DNA of 64,000 nt, from IMG/VR virus record IMGVR_UViG_650627003_000001, positions 32,001 to 96,000 of that record; one strand, written 5' to 3'. Positions within the stretch are counted from its first letter, which is position 1. Every line of letters begins with the position of its first letter. The DNA is from a virus. Its lineage: Duplodnaviria; Caudoviricetes. The notes beneath the pieces are model-generated. The model searched no databases, was not told the origin of the DNA, and saw only the letters and a list, made by a program, of their open reading frames with translations. Shown one piece after another: positions 17,061-26,683 of this stretch. The position numbers and the translations under genes are program-made.

Positions 17061-17521
17061 TCCGGTTGATTACGATTTTTCCAAGTACACATTTCACGTT
17101 TAGAAGTTTTGTACAAGTGACGATACTCAGCAACTGCGTCAGTAGAGCCAAGATTATTTTCCTTGTTAACCACAATTGCGAATGGAGTTAAAGGACCAGC
17201 AGGAATTTTAGAAATTGCGTCGATAAACAACGGAATTAATCGAGAGCTTGCGTGGACTTTACCATAACGATGTGTGTACTCGTTTAATAAATCAATTGTT
17301 AAAGTTAAAAGGTACTCGAAGTTTGAGCGAGTTTCACGAGCCCAAACAGCAGAAGGATGATTAACGTGAGTTTTGCGATACATGCCTTCGACTGCAACAT
17401 TATGAACATGACATGAAGTTGACAACAATTGACAGTATTCGACAATCATTTTAACTACGTGCTTGTCAGCATGCATTTGCGCGTTTAATACAGTGTTTTG
17501 GTCAAGAATAAAAATGTTCAT
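17051..17521 (-). CDS. pyrimidine-dimer DNA glycosylase/endonuclease V-like family protein
   Basis: MNIFILD..HADKHVVKMIVEYCQLLST, HVNHPSAVW, EYTHRYGKVH. Confidence 0.7.
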   Translation of the reverse strand: MNIFILDQNTVLNAQMHADKHVVKMIVEYCQLLSTSCHVHNVAVEGMYRKTHVNHPSAVWARETRSNFEYLLTLTIDLLNEYTHRYGKVHASSRLIPLFIDAISKIPAGPLTPFAIVVNKENNLGSTDAVAEYRHLYKTSKREMCTWKNRNQPEWF

Positions 17522-17547
17522 AATGCGTTCCTCAAGTTGATAAGCTT

Positions 17548-17577
17548 ATAATACCAAGTTATTTAGTGAATGTAAAC
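17548..17577 (-). promoter_or_regulatory. early promoter
   Basis: GTTTACA-N17-TATTAT, TATCAACTTGAGGAA leader. Confidence 0.8.
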
Positions 17578-17596
17578 TGATTTACAATAAAGGGCT

Positions 17597-17884
17597 TCAT
17601 AATACTGAAGCCCCAAAGAAGTTAGCTAGAGTGCGATAGGGAACGTTTAATTCCTGCTCAATGGATAATGACTGTACAGCTTCTAAAGTCGCCAGTTGTG
17701 GCCCTGCACCCATACAGCGTACATCTAACTGAGTTTTGACATTACGAACAACGTCATCGATTACACCACGATGATCTGGACGAGTAGCCAAAAATTGTTC
17801 CACAGTTGGATGCAAAGAAACATTAAAACCGTTTGCGGTAGCTTCGATGTTTAAAATGCCTACTTGAATAGTATATTGATGCAT
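17597..17884 (-). CDS. hypothetical protein (start moved to MHQY)
   Basis: SD GAGGA and early promoter lie inside the longer ORF call. Confidence 0.7.
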   Translation of the reverse strand: MHQYTIQVGILNIEATANGFNVSLHPTVEQFLATRPDHRGVIDDVVRNVKTQLDVRCMGAGPQLATLEAVQSLSIEQELNVPYRTLANFFGASVL

Positions 17885-17911
17885 GATGTATTCCTCGTTG
17901 TTGATAGAAAT

Positions 17912-17941
17912 AATATACTCAATAAAAATTAATTTGTAAAC
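17912..17941 (-). promoter_or_regulatory. early promoter
   Basis: GTTTACA-N17-TATATT, TATCAAC leader. Confidence 0.75.
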
Positions 17942-17951
17942 TGATAAATGC

Positions 17952-17976
17952 AAAAAAGCCACTCAACGAGTGGCTT
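17952..17976 (-). terminator. rho-independent terminator
   Basis: AAGCCACTC-GTT-GAGTGGCTT-TTTT. Confidence 0.8.
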
Positions 17977-17981
17977 AATTT

Positions 17982-18188
17982 TTAAAGTGCTTTGGCAACC
18001 TTAGCAAAATCTCGTGCAAAGGATTCCTTTACATCATTTGGATGTTCAAACAAGTATTTGTTAATGACTTGCATTGTTGCAATTCGAAGAGTTGGTTCAT
18101 TAACTAGTCCTCGAGTTACCATGTGAATTTGACCATCACTAATAATTAATGTAACTTTTTTATGTGGAAAGATTAATTTAGTTTTCAT
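17982..18188 (-). CDS. hypothetical protein
   Basis: 68 aa, SD GGAG, ATGA overlap. Confidence 0.7.
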   Translation of the reverse strand: MKTKLIFPHKKVTLIISDGQIHMVTRGLVNEPTLRIATMQVINKYLFEHPNDVKESFARDFAKVAKAL

Positions 18189-18454
18189 AACTTTACTCCT
18201 GCAACAATAGACTTTTTAAGCTTTTCAACAATCGGAAGAAGAGTTGTACTAACTTTTTCGAGTGTTTGAGAATTAATTGGTTCACCGATAAATGGATTCA
18301 ATGCACGTTCAATATCAGCAATGACTTGTTTGTTGTTCATTCGATCATTGTGATCGACTACAAGTTTGATTTCACCATCTTTTTTAAAGTGAAGTTTAAT
18401 GATACCAAAATCAATTGATGGAGTTGTTTGTGCTACTGCTTGAAATGTATTCAT
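18185..18454 (-). CDS. hypothetical protein
   Basis: 89 aa ORF. Confidence 0.7.
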   Translation of the reverse strand: MNTFQAVAQTTPSIDFGIIKLHFKKDGEIKLVVDHNDRMNNKQVIADIERALNPFIGEPINSQTLEKVSTTLLPIVEKLKKSIVAGVKL

Positions 18455-18491
18455 GGTTTATCTCACATTGTGTATAAGGTTATATTATCAT

Positions 18492-18515
18492 AAAAGAGGT
18501 GAAGTATACACCTCC
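18492..18515 (-). terminator. terminator after 43A
   Basis: GAGGTG-TATACTT-CACCTC-TTTT. Confidence 0.65.
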
Positions 18516-18519
18516 TTTA

Positions 18520-20028
18520 TCATTTGATTAACTTTTTAATGAGTTCGGCATTTTGTTTTGCCTTCATCATTTTACCTTTCCATTCTTTACGTTGGAAGAA
18601 TACTTTTTCGACTTCTTCAGGTACTACACCTTTAAAATCTTTTCGGAACATCCAACCATTAGGAGAACAACTATATTCATCGCTAGGACGCGGAGCCGTC
18701 GCATTAATATAATCTTGAATCGGCGCTAGTTTAAATTGTCCTACAATCGTTTCTGGACTAATATTCACTTGTCGAATGATTGATGGATACAAAGATGTTA
18801 AGTCAAATGACATTACATTATTGTAAGCACCTGGTTTTGGCTCTTTAACGTATGCACCGGGATAAGATACACGAACGTGAGATTTCATTTCTGGGAGTAC
18901 CCGATTTGTTTCTTTAAGTGAGTTAAAGATAATCGCATCCCAAGTTTTAATTGGTGACATCACAGAAGCAATATTCATTTTAGCATAATAGCCCATAGAC
19001 AACGCAAGGTTAATGAATCCGCGTTTAATGTCGATTAACTGAACACAGTACACGTCAACAATGTTATAACTAATGTAACGTTGATGATTTGTTTCACGTA
19101 ATTTATTAATCGGGCCATCATATGGAATTTTATTTAGACCGGTTTCGTATTCAGAAATGAAATCAAGTTTATATGTTGGTTGACCAGTGAAACTAAACTT
19201 TTTGTACAAATCAAGATAATCAAGAATTGTTACACCGAGAATAGAGAAAATTTCACGTTCACCACCATAGTTATCGTTGATTGTTTTAGAATTGATTTTA
19301 CCAAATGGACTTAATCGTTTAATGTGATGCGGGCCTAATACGTTTTTAATTCTATTGATCACATATGGAATATCAAAACCTTCTACGTTCCAACCAGTAA
19401 ATACTGCCGGTGGTTTTTCTTCCCAAAGATTAATGTATTCAAGAAGAAGTTCGCGTTCTGATTCGAATGGCATGTAAACGACTTTGTCCAATAGTTCTTG
19501 TGGAACTGCATCACCACCTTCTTCCATTGTTAAAGCTGCAATTTTAGGGTCCCAACGACTTACATCAGCATATTGAGATTTCAATAAATCAAATACATAG
19601 AACTTATCGTCAATAGAATCGTAGTGTGTAATTGCATCAATTTCGTAAGCAGCAAATCGTGGATCTGGAAATTCAGCACCAGTTACTTCAATGTCCATAT
19701 TACAAACACGAATGAATTTTTTATTGTATTCAATATCGCCTTTATACATGTCACTGATATATGCTAAACGGAAATCTTCCATTCCAAGAACTTCGACAAG
19801 ACCAGAATTTTTATTTTTCCAATCACGACATTCGGCGATAGAATCGAATTTACGTGGAAGGCAGAATTTGCCATAAATGTCTTTGTATTTTGTTTCACGA
19901 TCTGTATGCACAAACATTGTTGGACTATATGGGACAAATCTGACTTTATCATTGCCATCGACATCAATGTAACGTTCTGCAATTTCGCCACGCATTAATT
20001 CGACATTTAAATAAAATTCTTGATTCAT
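18520..20028 (-). CDS. 43A: DNA polymerase gp43A (exonuclease domain and start of palm/fingers)
   Basis: DIEV exo I, GWNVEGFDIPY exo II, YNIVDV exo III, SFDLTSLYPSII motif A; ends in fingers helix. Confidence 0.95.
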   Translation of the reverse strand: MNQEFYLNVELMRGEIAERYIDVDGNDKVRFVPYSPTMFVHTDRETKYKDIYGKFCLPRKFDSIAECRDWKNKNSGLVEVLGMEDFRLAYISDMYKGDIEYNKKFIRVCNMDIEVTGAEFPDPRFAAYEIDAITHYDSIDDKFYVFDLLKSQYADVSRWDPKIAALTMEEGGDAVPQELLDKVVYMPFESERELLLEYINLWEEKPPAVFTGWNVEGFDIPYVINRIKNVLGPHHIKRLSPFGKINSKTINDNYGGEREIFSILGVTILDYLDLYKKFSFTGQPTYKLDFISEYETGLNKIPYDGPINKLRETNHQRYISYNIVDVYCVQLIDIKRGFINLALSMGYYAKMNIASVMSPIKTWDAIIFNSLKETNRVLPEMKSHVRVSYPGAYVKEPKPGAYNNVMSFDLTSLYPSIIRQVNISPETIVGQFKLAPIQDYINATAPRPSDEYSCSPNGWMFRKDFKGVVPEEVEKVFFQRKEWKGKMMKAKQNAELIKKLIK

Positions 20029-20054
20029 AATGGCTCCTTAGAGGGTAAAATTAT

Positions 20055-20080
20055 ATTATACTCAAATATCCAAAAGTTTA
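20055..20080 (-). promoter_or_regulatory. middle-type promoter for 43A
   Basis: AAACTT-N13-TATAAT. Confidence 0.5.
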
Positions 20081-20087
20081 TGACCCG

Positions 20088-20107
20088 AAAGGGAGCAATT
20101 GCTCCCT
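20088..20107 (-). terminator. terminator after regA
   Basis: AGGGAGC-AATT-GCTCCCT-TT. Confidence 0.7.
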
Positions 20108-20462
20108 AACCGATAATGTATTTTGGTACAAGTTCCCATTCTGATTTCTGTTTGAAAGAAATGATTCGGAAGTTGTTAACTGGCTCTTGATCAAGTTCTT
20201 GATCGATTTTTAATAAGTTCCAGGATTCAAGCATTTTGGCAATAGACAAAGTTCGAAGATTATCTTCATCATCGATGTCGACTTTTTTGCCATCCATTCG
20301 CATTAAATCTTTGAAGTGAGCAATAAAGTATTCACCACGTTTTTGAAGAATATGGCAACTTTGATAAAGAACACGAGTTTTGTTGTTGGCAATACCCATT
20401 CGAGTTAGTGTTTCTTTAACTTTCAAGAAGTCAGACGGTTGGTTTAATGTAATCTTAATCAT
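20106..20462 (-). CDS. regA: translational repressor RegA
   Basis: DFLKVKETLTRMGIAN, LYQSCHILQKRG, HFK, WELVPKY. Confidence 0.97.
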   Translation of the reverse strand: MIKITLNQPSDFLKVKETLTRMGIANNKTRVLYQSCHILQKRGEYFIAHFKDLMRMDGKKVDIDDEDNLRTLSIAKMLESWNLLKIDQELDQEPVNNFRIISFKQKSEWELVPKYIIG

Positions 20463-21025
20463 AATAATTTCTTTAACTCTTTAATTTCTTTAACATTTTT
20501 CGTGATTGTCTTTAAAAAATCGTCGCTCACGAAGCCAGCTGTTTTAACTACATCAGATAATGTACCCTTTGCAGTTAATATTTGTTTGTACATGATTGAT
20601 TCTACACGAGAAATATTAAAGCGTTTTCCAATAACTGCTAAATAAAATTCTTCGACGTAATCAATTCCTAATTTTGACGACTTTGTAAATCGTTTACCAT
20701 ATGGAACGGAATCAATCATGTATTGATAATGCACTTGGTCAGGCATCCCACCCATTGTCAGGTTAGCCATATACGCCGCCTGGAGTGAATCTACATGCTG
20801 CGATAGCATATCATCAATCATGAACTTGGAATAACCGTCAGGAGCGACCTTGTGTTGCTTACCTGTATTGATGTTGTTCAATGAATCAAACAAAGGATTT
20901 GGCTTACTATCATCAAAAGTGTCAGTAAGTCGTTTCACTTCGTCCCAGTCTTGATTAAACCAGGCAATTTGATATTCATTTAATGCTGGACCAACATCAT
21001 CGCCCATCAAGAAATCTAATGACAT
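20459..21025 (-). CDS. 62: clamp loader small subunit gp62
   Basis: N-terminal SLDFL; synteny 44-62-regA. Confidence 0.9.
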   Translation of the reverse strand: MSLDFLMGDDVGPALNEYQIAWFNQDWDEVKRLTDTFDDSKPNPLFDSLNNINTGKQHKVAPDGYSKFMIDDMLSQHVDSLQAAYMANLTMGGMPDQVHYQYMIDSVPYGKRFTKSSKLGIDYVEEFYLAVIGKRFNISRVESIMYKQILTAKGTLSDVVKTAGFVSDDFLKTITKNVKEIKELKKLL

Positions 21026-21026
21026 A

Positions 21027-22001
21027 TTAATCCCACTTGATATTGAGAACTAATTGAGTAAACAAATAACGTAAGTGGACTTTAACATTACCAGCATTTC
21101 CGTGGAACTGATTGTTTTCGCCAATGATTTCGTTTAAACGAATTCGACTCATTTTGTCACTAAGCATTGGATAAATCGTTTCTTGGAGTTGACAAATAAA
21201 TGTCGGATAATCGGCAAAGTATTTTGTCGCCAATTTATTACATTCAAGAAGATCTTTTGACTTTAAAGCAGAAATAATATCCTGAATAGATGCACGATCT
21301 TCAAGAACAACACTTAACAAACTTGCATCAATGACTTTATTTGTTGCAAGAAATACATCAAGCTCGTTTACTGTTTTACGGAAATCTGGGAAGTTCTTTT
21401 TGACTAATGCAGCAAGAACACGAATTCCTTCTTGACCTTCAACTTGTGCGCCTTCAGATTCGCAAATTGCTTTAGTTCGCATGATCATTTCTTTCATCAT
21501 GTTCACTTCATCTTCTGGTGTAGATTTACCAAAAACAATATGTCGAGCACGAGAAACAAGTGCTGGGTGAATGCCTGTGATGTCATTACAAGTGATGATA
21601 ATGCTACAATTATCGCCATAAACTTCCATAAATGTACGTAAAGTTTTTTGAGCTTCAGCAAGACCAGGTCGATCAAACTCGTCAATAATAATTACTTTTG
21701 GACGACCATCTAAAGATAGAGATGATGCAAAAGTTGTAAGAGGGCCACGAACAAAATCAATTTTACAATCTGCGCCGTTTACAAACAATACTTCAGCATT
21801 AACTTCATTTGACAAAGCATACGAAACTGTTGTTTTACCTGTACCAGGTGAATTCGACTGTAAAATCAAATGTGGAATTTTACCTTTTTTGGTAATTGAT
21901 TTGAACAGTTTTTTATCTTTAGCCGGAAGAATACATTCGTCGATATTGTTTGGACGGTATTTCAATTCGAGCATGTGTTGATTTTCATTGACAGTAAGCA
22001 T
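21027..22001 (-). CDS. 44: clamp loader large subunit gp44 (start probably MLTV)
   Basis: KYRP, SPGTGKTT, IIIDEFDR, FPDFRK. Confidence 0.97.
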   Translation of the reverse strand: MLTVNENQHMLELKYRPNNIDECILPAKDKKLFKSITKKGKIPHLILQSNSPGTGKTTVSYALSNEVNAEVLFVNGADCKIDFVRGPLTTFASSLSLDGRPKVIIIDEFDRPGLAEAQKTLRTFMEVYGDNCSIIITCNDITGIHPALVSRARHIVFGKSTPEDEVNMMKEMIMRTKAICESEGAQVEGQEGIRVLAALVKKNFPDFRKTVNELDVFLATNKVIDASLLSVVLEDRASIQDIISALKSKDLLECNKLATKYFADYPTFICQLQETIYPMLSDKMSRIRLNEIIGENNQFHGNAGNVKVHLRYLFTQLVLNIKWD

Positions 22002-22042
22002 ATTGTTCCTCATTTCAAATGTTGGGGCCGAAGCCCCGTTTA

Positions 22043-22732
22043 TTAATTAAAGCCGTGTGTTGAAGATTTTTCTACTGCGATTACATGAACAGTAGAACCT
22101 TCGAAACATGATGCCATCGATGCACCTTTGGCAAAGATTTTAACTTTATAATCGTCAACTAATAACTTTAAGTTTGCCATATTCAAGATGAAGTTAAAAT
22201 CAGTTGTAGTACCAGCATCACCTAGATTTAAACTTAACAAAGGTCGAACAAAAGCAGAATCGGCTTGTTTATTGAATCCATCAACATGGACTTCGCCATC
22301 ACGATTATTAAATGCAATAACGTCAACACCTAAAGCACGACTTACACGAGTGAGTTGATTCCATGTATCCGATTTTAACATAAATTCTACGGTAGGTGCA
22401 GGAAAATTAATGGTATTTTTCGGATATGTTAAACCAGCTGGATCCGCAGAAGGCCAATATACAACAGAACGTGGGCCTTTAATTGCAAATTTAGAACCAT
22501 CTTCGGTTAAACTGATTTCTGCGTTTTCGTCAACAAGACCAAGTAATGTTAAGAAGCCTGGTAAGTCAAAAATACCTGCATCGATATCGATTTCATCTTC
22601 AATTTGAGCAGATGCATGAATCGTTCGACCTAAGTTACAGGTCATGATGAATTTACCTGGTGTCAACTTAATGCTTGAGTTAATTGTTGAGAAGTTTTTA
22701 AGAATTGCTTGAGTTTCTTTAGATAAACGCAT
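22043..22732 (-). CDS. 45: sliding clamp gp45 (start probably MRLS)
   Basis: LSKET.AILKNFSTINS, IFDLPGFL; synteny. Confidence 0.95.
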   Translation of the reverse strand: MRLSKETQAILKNFSTINSSIKLTPGKFIMTCNLGRTIHASAQIEDEIDIDAGIFDLPGFLTLLGLVDENAEISLTEDGSKFAIKGPRSVVYWPSADPAGLTYPKNTINFPAPTVEFMLKSDTWNQLTRVSRALGVDVIAFNNRDGEVHVDGFNKQADSAFVRPLLSLNLGDAGTTTDFNFILNMANLKLLVDDYKVKIFAKGASMASCFEGSTVHVIAVEKSSTHGFN

Positions 22733-22744
22733 ATATGGCTCCAA

Positions 22745-23116
22745 TTAGTGGTTAACGTGTTCAGCAACGAATTTTTCGATAAAGATTAAAGCTGCTTCAA
22801 GAAGTACTTCATCAGTGTCAAAGCAATATTCATCTTGAAGACGAGTAAAACCATTAACACGGACAAATTGAGCACCTTGAGCAATTGAGTGTTCACGTCG
22901 TTGACGTAACATATCGGTCCAGATTTTTTGTACTTGACTATCAAAATCACGATAAAGTTGTTTTCGAACTTGAGCTGGATAATGAGCATAAGCGTTGTTC
23001 ATTTCTTCTGGACATTGAAGAACCCATGCTTTGCGAATACGTACATCAGCAGATTCACCACGTGAATGACGAGGTTGAATATCAAAAACTGTAACTTGAG
23101 CAAAAATGTCATTCAT
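22745..23116 (-). CDS. rpbA: RNA polymerase-binding protein RpbA
   Basis: DIQP, RIRKAWVLQ, RLQDEYC..DE; position upstream of 45. Confidence 0.8.
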   Translation of the reverse strand: MNDIFAQVTVFDIQPRHSRGESADVRIRKAWVLQCPEEMNNAYAHYPAQVRKQLYRDFDSQVQKIWTDMLRQRREHSIAQGAQFVRVNGFTRLQDEYCFDTDEVLLEAALIFIEKFVAEHVNH

Positions 23117-23125
23117 AATAAATTC

Positions 23126-23326
23126 CTAGTCGTAATAATCAAAAAGAGTAAAACCTGTATGTCTTCCAGATTTGATCTTCATTATATCACTTTCTGTAAA
23201 AGCGTTTTTAAGGTTGAATTCAGTGACGATATTTTCGTCGCCACTGAAGTTGTTAACAAGGATATAGCGTTTGATTTCAGGATGACATTCTAAATCATTA
23301 AAATTTTGAGCGTAATCATTAGCCAT
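23126..23326 (-). CDS. conserved small protein (45.2-like)
   Basis: 66 aa between 46 and rpbA. Confidence 0.6.
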   Translation of the reverse strand: MANDYAQNFNDLECHPEIKRYILVNNFSGDENIVTEFNLKNAFTESDIMKIKSGRHTGFTLFDYYD

Positions 23327-23330
23327 AACT

Positions 23331-25013
23331 TTATTCCATAACTGTAAATCGTCCTACCTTCTTCATTTGGATATGACGCCCATAATCGTCTGGATTGTGA
23401 TCACGGTGCGAAATAATAAAGACATTAGTCTTTTCAAGCGAATTCAGAATAGTCCGAATTGCCTTGACGCCTTCAACGTCAGTAGCACTATCGAAGACTT
23501 CATCCAAAATCAACGTAGATATATTAACACCTGTTACCATTGAAGCAATATTGCGCCAAGTAAATAAAATCGCAATATCAATACGGGCTTTCTCACCCTG
23601 AGAGAAGGACGAATAACTAAAATCTTCTTTGCCACGAGAAGAAATTGTTTCACTAAACTCTTCGTTAAGTTTAAACGAATAGTCAGCACCCATAATTCGT
23701 AAATACGAATTAATTTGTTTATTGAATAGTGGAATGTACTTTTTGACGATTTGTCCTTTAATGCCAGAGTCTTTTAGCATTTCAGTAATAACGCCACGTC
23801 GATACTTTTCCATCACAATGCCAGATTTATGATCAATAAGTTTCTCTAATTGAGATTTAACTTCATTGATCTTATCTGTATTGTCCACAACTTCAGATTT
23901 GGCTTGTTCTATGAGCCCATGAATCTTTTTAGCCTGCTGAGCTGCACCAATTGCCTCTTGTTTAAGAGCATCCTGTTGACGTTTAAGGGCGACAATCTTT
24001 TCCTGAACGGATTTATACTCCTTTTGTTGTTCAGTAAGCTCTGTGTGCGCCTGGCGGACACGTTGGAGTGCTTGCTCTTGGTCTGATTGACGATCTCGAA
24101 CCTTTGTGACTAATCCGGAACCTTGATCAAGATGTTGCATACAAACAGGACAGTTACCACCTTTTTCGTACAAAGTTAAGACCTTTTGGTAGCCAGAAAT
24201 ATCTGTTTGGATTTTAATTGCATCAGAGTGTTTTTCTGCAATTTTTGGAGACAAATCTTCTGGTAAAACAAGGGCAACAATTTCATCATTCAAAGCAATA
24301 ATTGCATCTTTGTTTTTATGCGCTAATGCAACTTGTTCATCATACATTGTTTGAAGACGAGCTAGGTTATCGCCAGATAGTTTTTTCTGTCGTTCGGCGT
24401 ACTCTTCATGGGTTTTAATTTCATTCTGTGCATTTTGGATTTTTACGTCAACAACTTGCAAAGAAGTGTTTAACTCTCGAATAATATTTTTATTCGATTT
24501 GTCCATATCAGCAAGAACTGTTACTTCTAATAGATCTTCGACAAGCTTTCGACGGTTTGGCGCAGTTAATCCCATAAAAGGAGTATAACCCGCTGTGCCT
24601 AGTACAACAACTTGCTTAAAGCTATTGTAAGTCATGCCAATTAGTTGTTCGAAATATTCTTGGAAATCTTTTGCAGATGCGCTTTCATCAATTAATGCAC
24701 CATTACGTTTGATCTCGAAAATAGTTGGTTTTTGGCCACGACGAATTTCGAATAACTGGCCATTGAACTCCATGTCTAGTTCGACAAGAAGATCTTTTTT
24801 ATTTGACGAATTAATTAATTGCCCTTTCTTTACATCACGGAATGGCTTACCAAATAGTGCAAATGTAATTGCTTCTAAGAAAGTAGATTTGCCTGCGCCA
24901 TTTTTACCAGTGACTAAAGTATTGGCACAATGATTTAGAAAAATCTCGATGGGCTGTTGACCCACCGACATAATATTTTTGTATTTTACTCGTAAGAGTT
25001 TAAAGTCTTTCAT
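23331..25013 (-). CDS. 46: recombination endonuclease subunit gp46 (Rad50-like)
   Basis: GKNGAGKST, CPVC hook, FSQGEKARID, LDEVFD. Confidence 0.97.
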   Translation of the reverse strand: MKDFKLLRVKYKNIMSVGQQPIEIFLNHCANTLVTGKNGAGKSTFLEAITFALFGKPFRDVKKGQLINSSNKKDLLVELDMEFNGQLFEIRRGQKPTIFEIKRNGALIDESASAKDFQEYFEQLIGMTYNSFKQVVVLGTAGYTPFMGLTAPNRRKLVEDLLEVTVLADMDKSNKNIIRELNTSLQVVDVKIQNAQNEIKTHEEYAERQKKLSGDNLARLQTMYDEQVALAHKNKDAIIALNDEIVALVLPEDLSPKIAEKHSDAIKIQTDISGYQKVLTLYEKGGNCPVCMQHLDQGSGLVTKVRDRQSDQEQALQRVRQAHTELTEQQKEYKSVQEKIVALKRQQDALKQEAIGAAQQAKKIHGLIEQAKSEVVDNTDKINEVKSQLEKLIDHKSGIVMEKYRRGVITEMLKDSGIKGQIVKKYIPLFNKQINSYLRIMGADYSFKLNEEFSETISSRGKEDFSYSSFSQGEKARIDIAILFTWRNIASMVTGVNISTLILDEVFDSATDVEGVKAIRTILNSLEKTNVFIISHRDHNPDDYGRHIQMKKVGRFTVME

Positions 25014-25243
25014 TACTTCTCCAAAAGGCTTGTCATAACAAGATCTTCAAAACAATCTTCAAGACGATTATAACGCCCAGATTGATAAAGCTCAAGAGCT
25101 TCTTCTTCACGTGTAGAAGTATAAGCACTTACGCCAAAAGTATCTTGGCCTTCTTTATTAAACTCAATTCGACACTCATGAGCTTCTGGATTATATTTTA
25201 CGTCTGATACTAAATGATGGCCTTTGATATTCATGATGTGCAC
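25013..25243 (-). CDS. hypothetical protein
   Basis: 76 aa between 47 and 46; start uncertain. Confidence 0.65.
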   Translation of the reverse strand: MHIMNIKGHHLVSDVKYNPEAHECRIEFNKEGQDTFGVSAYTSTREEEALELYQSGRYNRLEDCFEDLVMTSLLEK

Positions 25244-26253
25244 TCAACCCATAGTTGTTTAGAGAATTGTTTAATAGCAGTTTTATCTTCTGGGGTACAT
25301 TCGGCAATACCGTCAATGTATTCTTCCATAAGATCAGTAATAGATTTTACTTCAACTGTATCCGAATCAGTATCCATGTCACTTGATGAATCGACTTTTG
25401 AAACGACTCTAAGCTCATGAACAACTTGTTCCATATCGGATTCAAATTTAGGTAAATCTTTATCTACTTGCTCTACAATAACACGAACCGATAGGTTTGT
25501 ATACTCTTTTGCATCAATTTTACCTTCAAAAGGATAATAGATACGTCGATGCCACATATCCGGGTTAGGGACAAATGTCGATTTTAATTCTGATGTATCG
25601 AACACCCAGAATCCGCGTTCGTCATTTTCATCGCCAGCTGTGATTGTATACGGTGTACCAAGGTAAGTCACATTTGCGGCTTTTGAAATTGTATGGAAAT
25701 GGCCTGACCAAACTTCTTTATACTTTTTGAGAAAATCTGGTTCTAATCCGTGAGATTTCATTCCTTTATAGAAATAGAATCCATTTAGTTCCCAATGACC
25801 AACACAATATTCTGCAGAAGAAGTTTTAATATGTTCCATAATTTCTGTTGTGTTTTCGTCACACATCCATGGAATTAAATCAACAAAAACACCGTCATAT
25901 TCTACAGTTGTAGGCTTGTCATAAACTGTAATATTTGACCATTGTGTCAATAGTTCTGTACACGCATTTGGGGTAATTGTGTTTTTAAATGTTGCATCAT
26001 GATTTCCGACAATTACATCTATATGAATACCAGCATCAGAAATCTTTTGGCATTGTTCACGGTTAAATTCCATACACTTGTGTGTAATGGCTTTTCGAAC
26101 ATCGAACCAATCACCAGCTTGAATCCAGTGTTTGATTCCATTTGCTTTAGAATATTCGATAGCCAAATCAATAAGTTTTGACTGAAGATTTTGCACCCAT
26201 GCATCATCTTGTTTCACACCAAAGTGTAAATCACCTAATTTAAGAATTTTCAT
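25231..26253 (-). CDS. 47: recombination endonuclease subunit gp47 (Mre11-like)
   Basis: GDLHFG, GDWFD, VGNHD, GHWE, SGHFH. Confidence 0.97.
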   Translation of the reverse strand: MKILKLGDLHFGVKQDDAWVQNLQSKLIDLAIEYSKANGIKHWIQAGDWFDVRKAITHKCMEFNREQCQKISDAGIHIDVIVGNHDATFKNTITPNACTELLTQWSNITVYDKPTTVEYDGVFVDLIPWMCDENTTEIMEHIKTSSAEYCVGHWELNGFYFYKGMKSHGLEPDFLKKYKEVWSGHFHTISKAANVTYLGTPYTITAGDENDERGFWVFDTSELKSTFVPNPDMWHRRIYYPFEGKIDAKEYTNLSVRVIVEQVDKDLPKFESDMEQVVHELRVVSKVDSSSDMDTDSDTVEVKSITDLMEEYIDGIAECTPEDKTAIKQFSKQLWVECTS

Positions 26254-26683
26254 TTTGAGCTCTCATCTGCAATGCTCGATATAGATAAAGAAATTTTATC
26301 ACATCATTATTATAAGCTGAAAACACATACGAGTCATGGTTATTTTCAATCCATGCATCTGTGTTTGGTTGAACCGTGCCTACTCGTTTCGGCGAAGCGA
26401 TACCAAGATCAGAACTATATGCAATTAAATTAACTAAACGAATACACCCAAGATGTTCAGTTTTCATAAAGGAACAACGATAAACATTAGCCGAAACAGA
26501 GCTTGGAATAACGTTTACCGATTGCTTTGCTTCATCAACTGATAAATTATCGACATATTTAAAAATTTTTACAATGTCGTAGTACAAGACATTAGGGTAT
26601 CCGCCTTCAATAGGCTTAAGCTCACGCCTAAAGAGTTCTTTATACAAAGAACACGCTACAGCTTCAATAGCAGTCCACTTCAT
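26240..26683 (-). CDS. hypothetical protein at the alpha-gt locus
   Basis: 147 aa, overlaps neighbours by translational coupling. Confidence 0.75.
   Translation of the reverse strand: MKWTAIEAVACSLYKELFRRELKPIEGGYPNVLYYDIVKIFKYVDNLSVDEAKQSVNVIPSSVSANVYRCSFMKTEHLGCIRLVNLIAYSSDLGIASPKRVGTVQPNTDAWIENNHDSYVFSAYNNDVIKFLYLYRALQMRAQNENS

Noticed and set aside
18185-18454. ALNPFIGEPINSQTL resembling a tail-sheath C-terminal motif
   Set aside because: Too short and generic to support a call without a profile search.
16012-18519. Intron or intein explanation for the gp43 interruption
   Set aside because: Both halves have their own stop/start, SD and terminators; no intein Cys/His-Asn ends or group I core elements seen.
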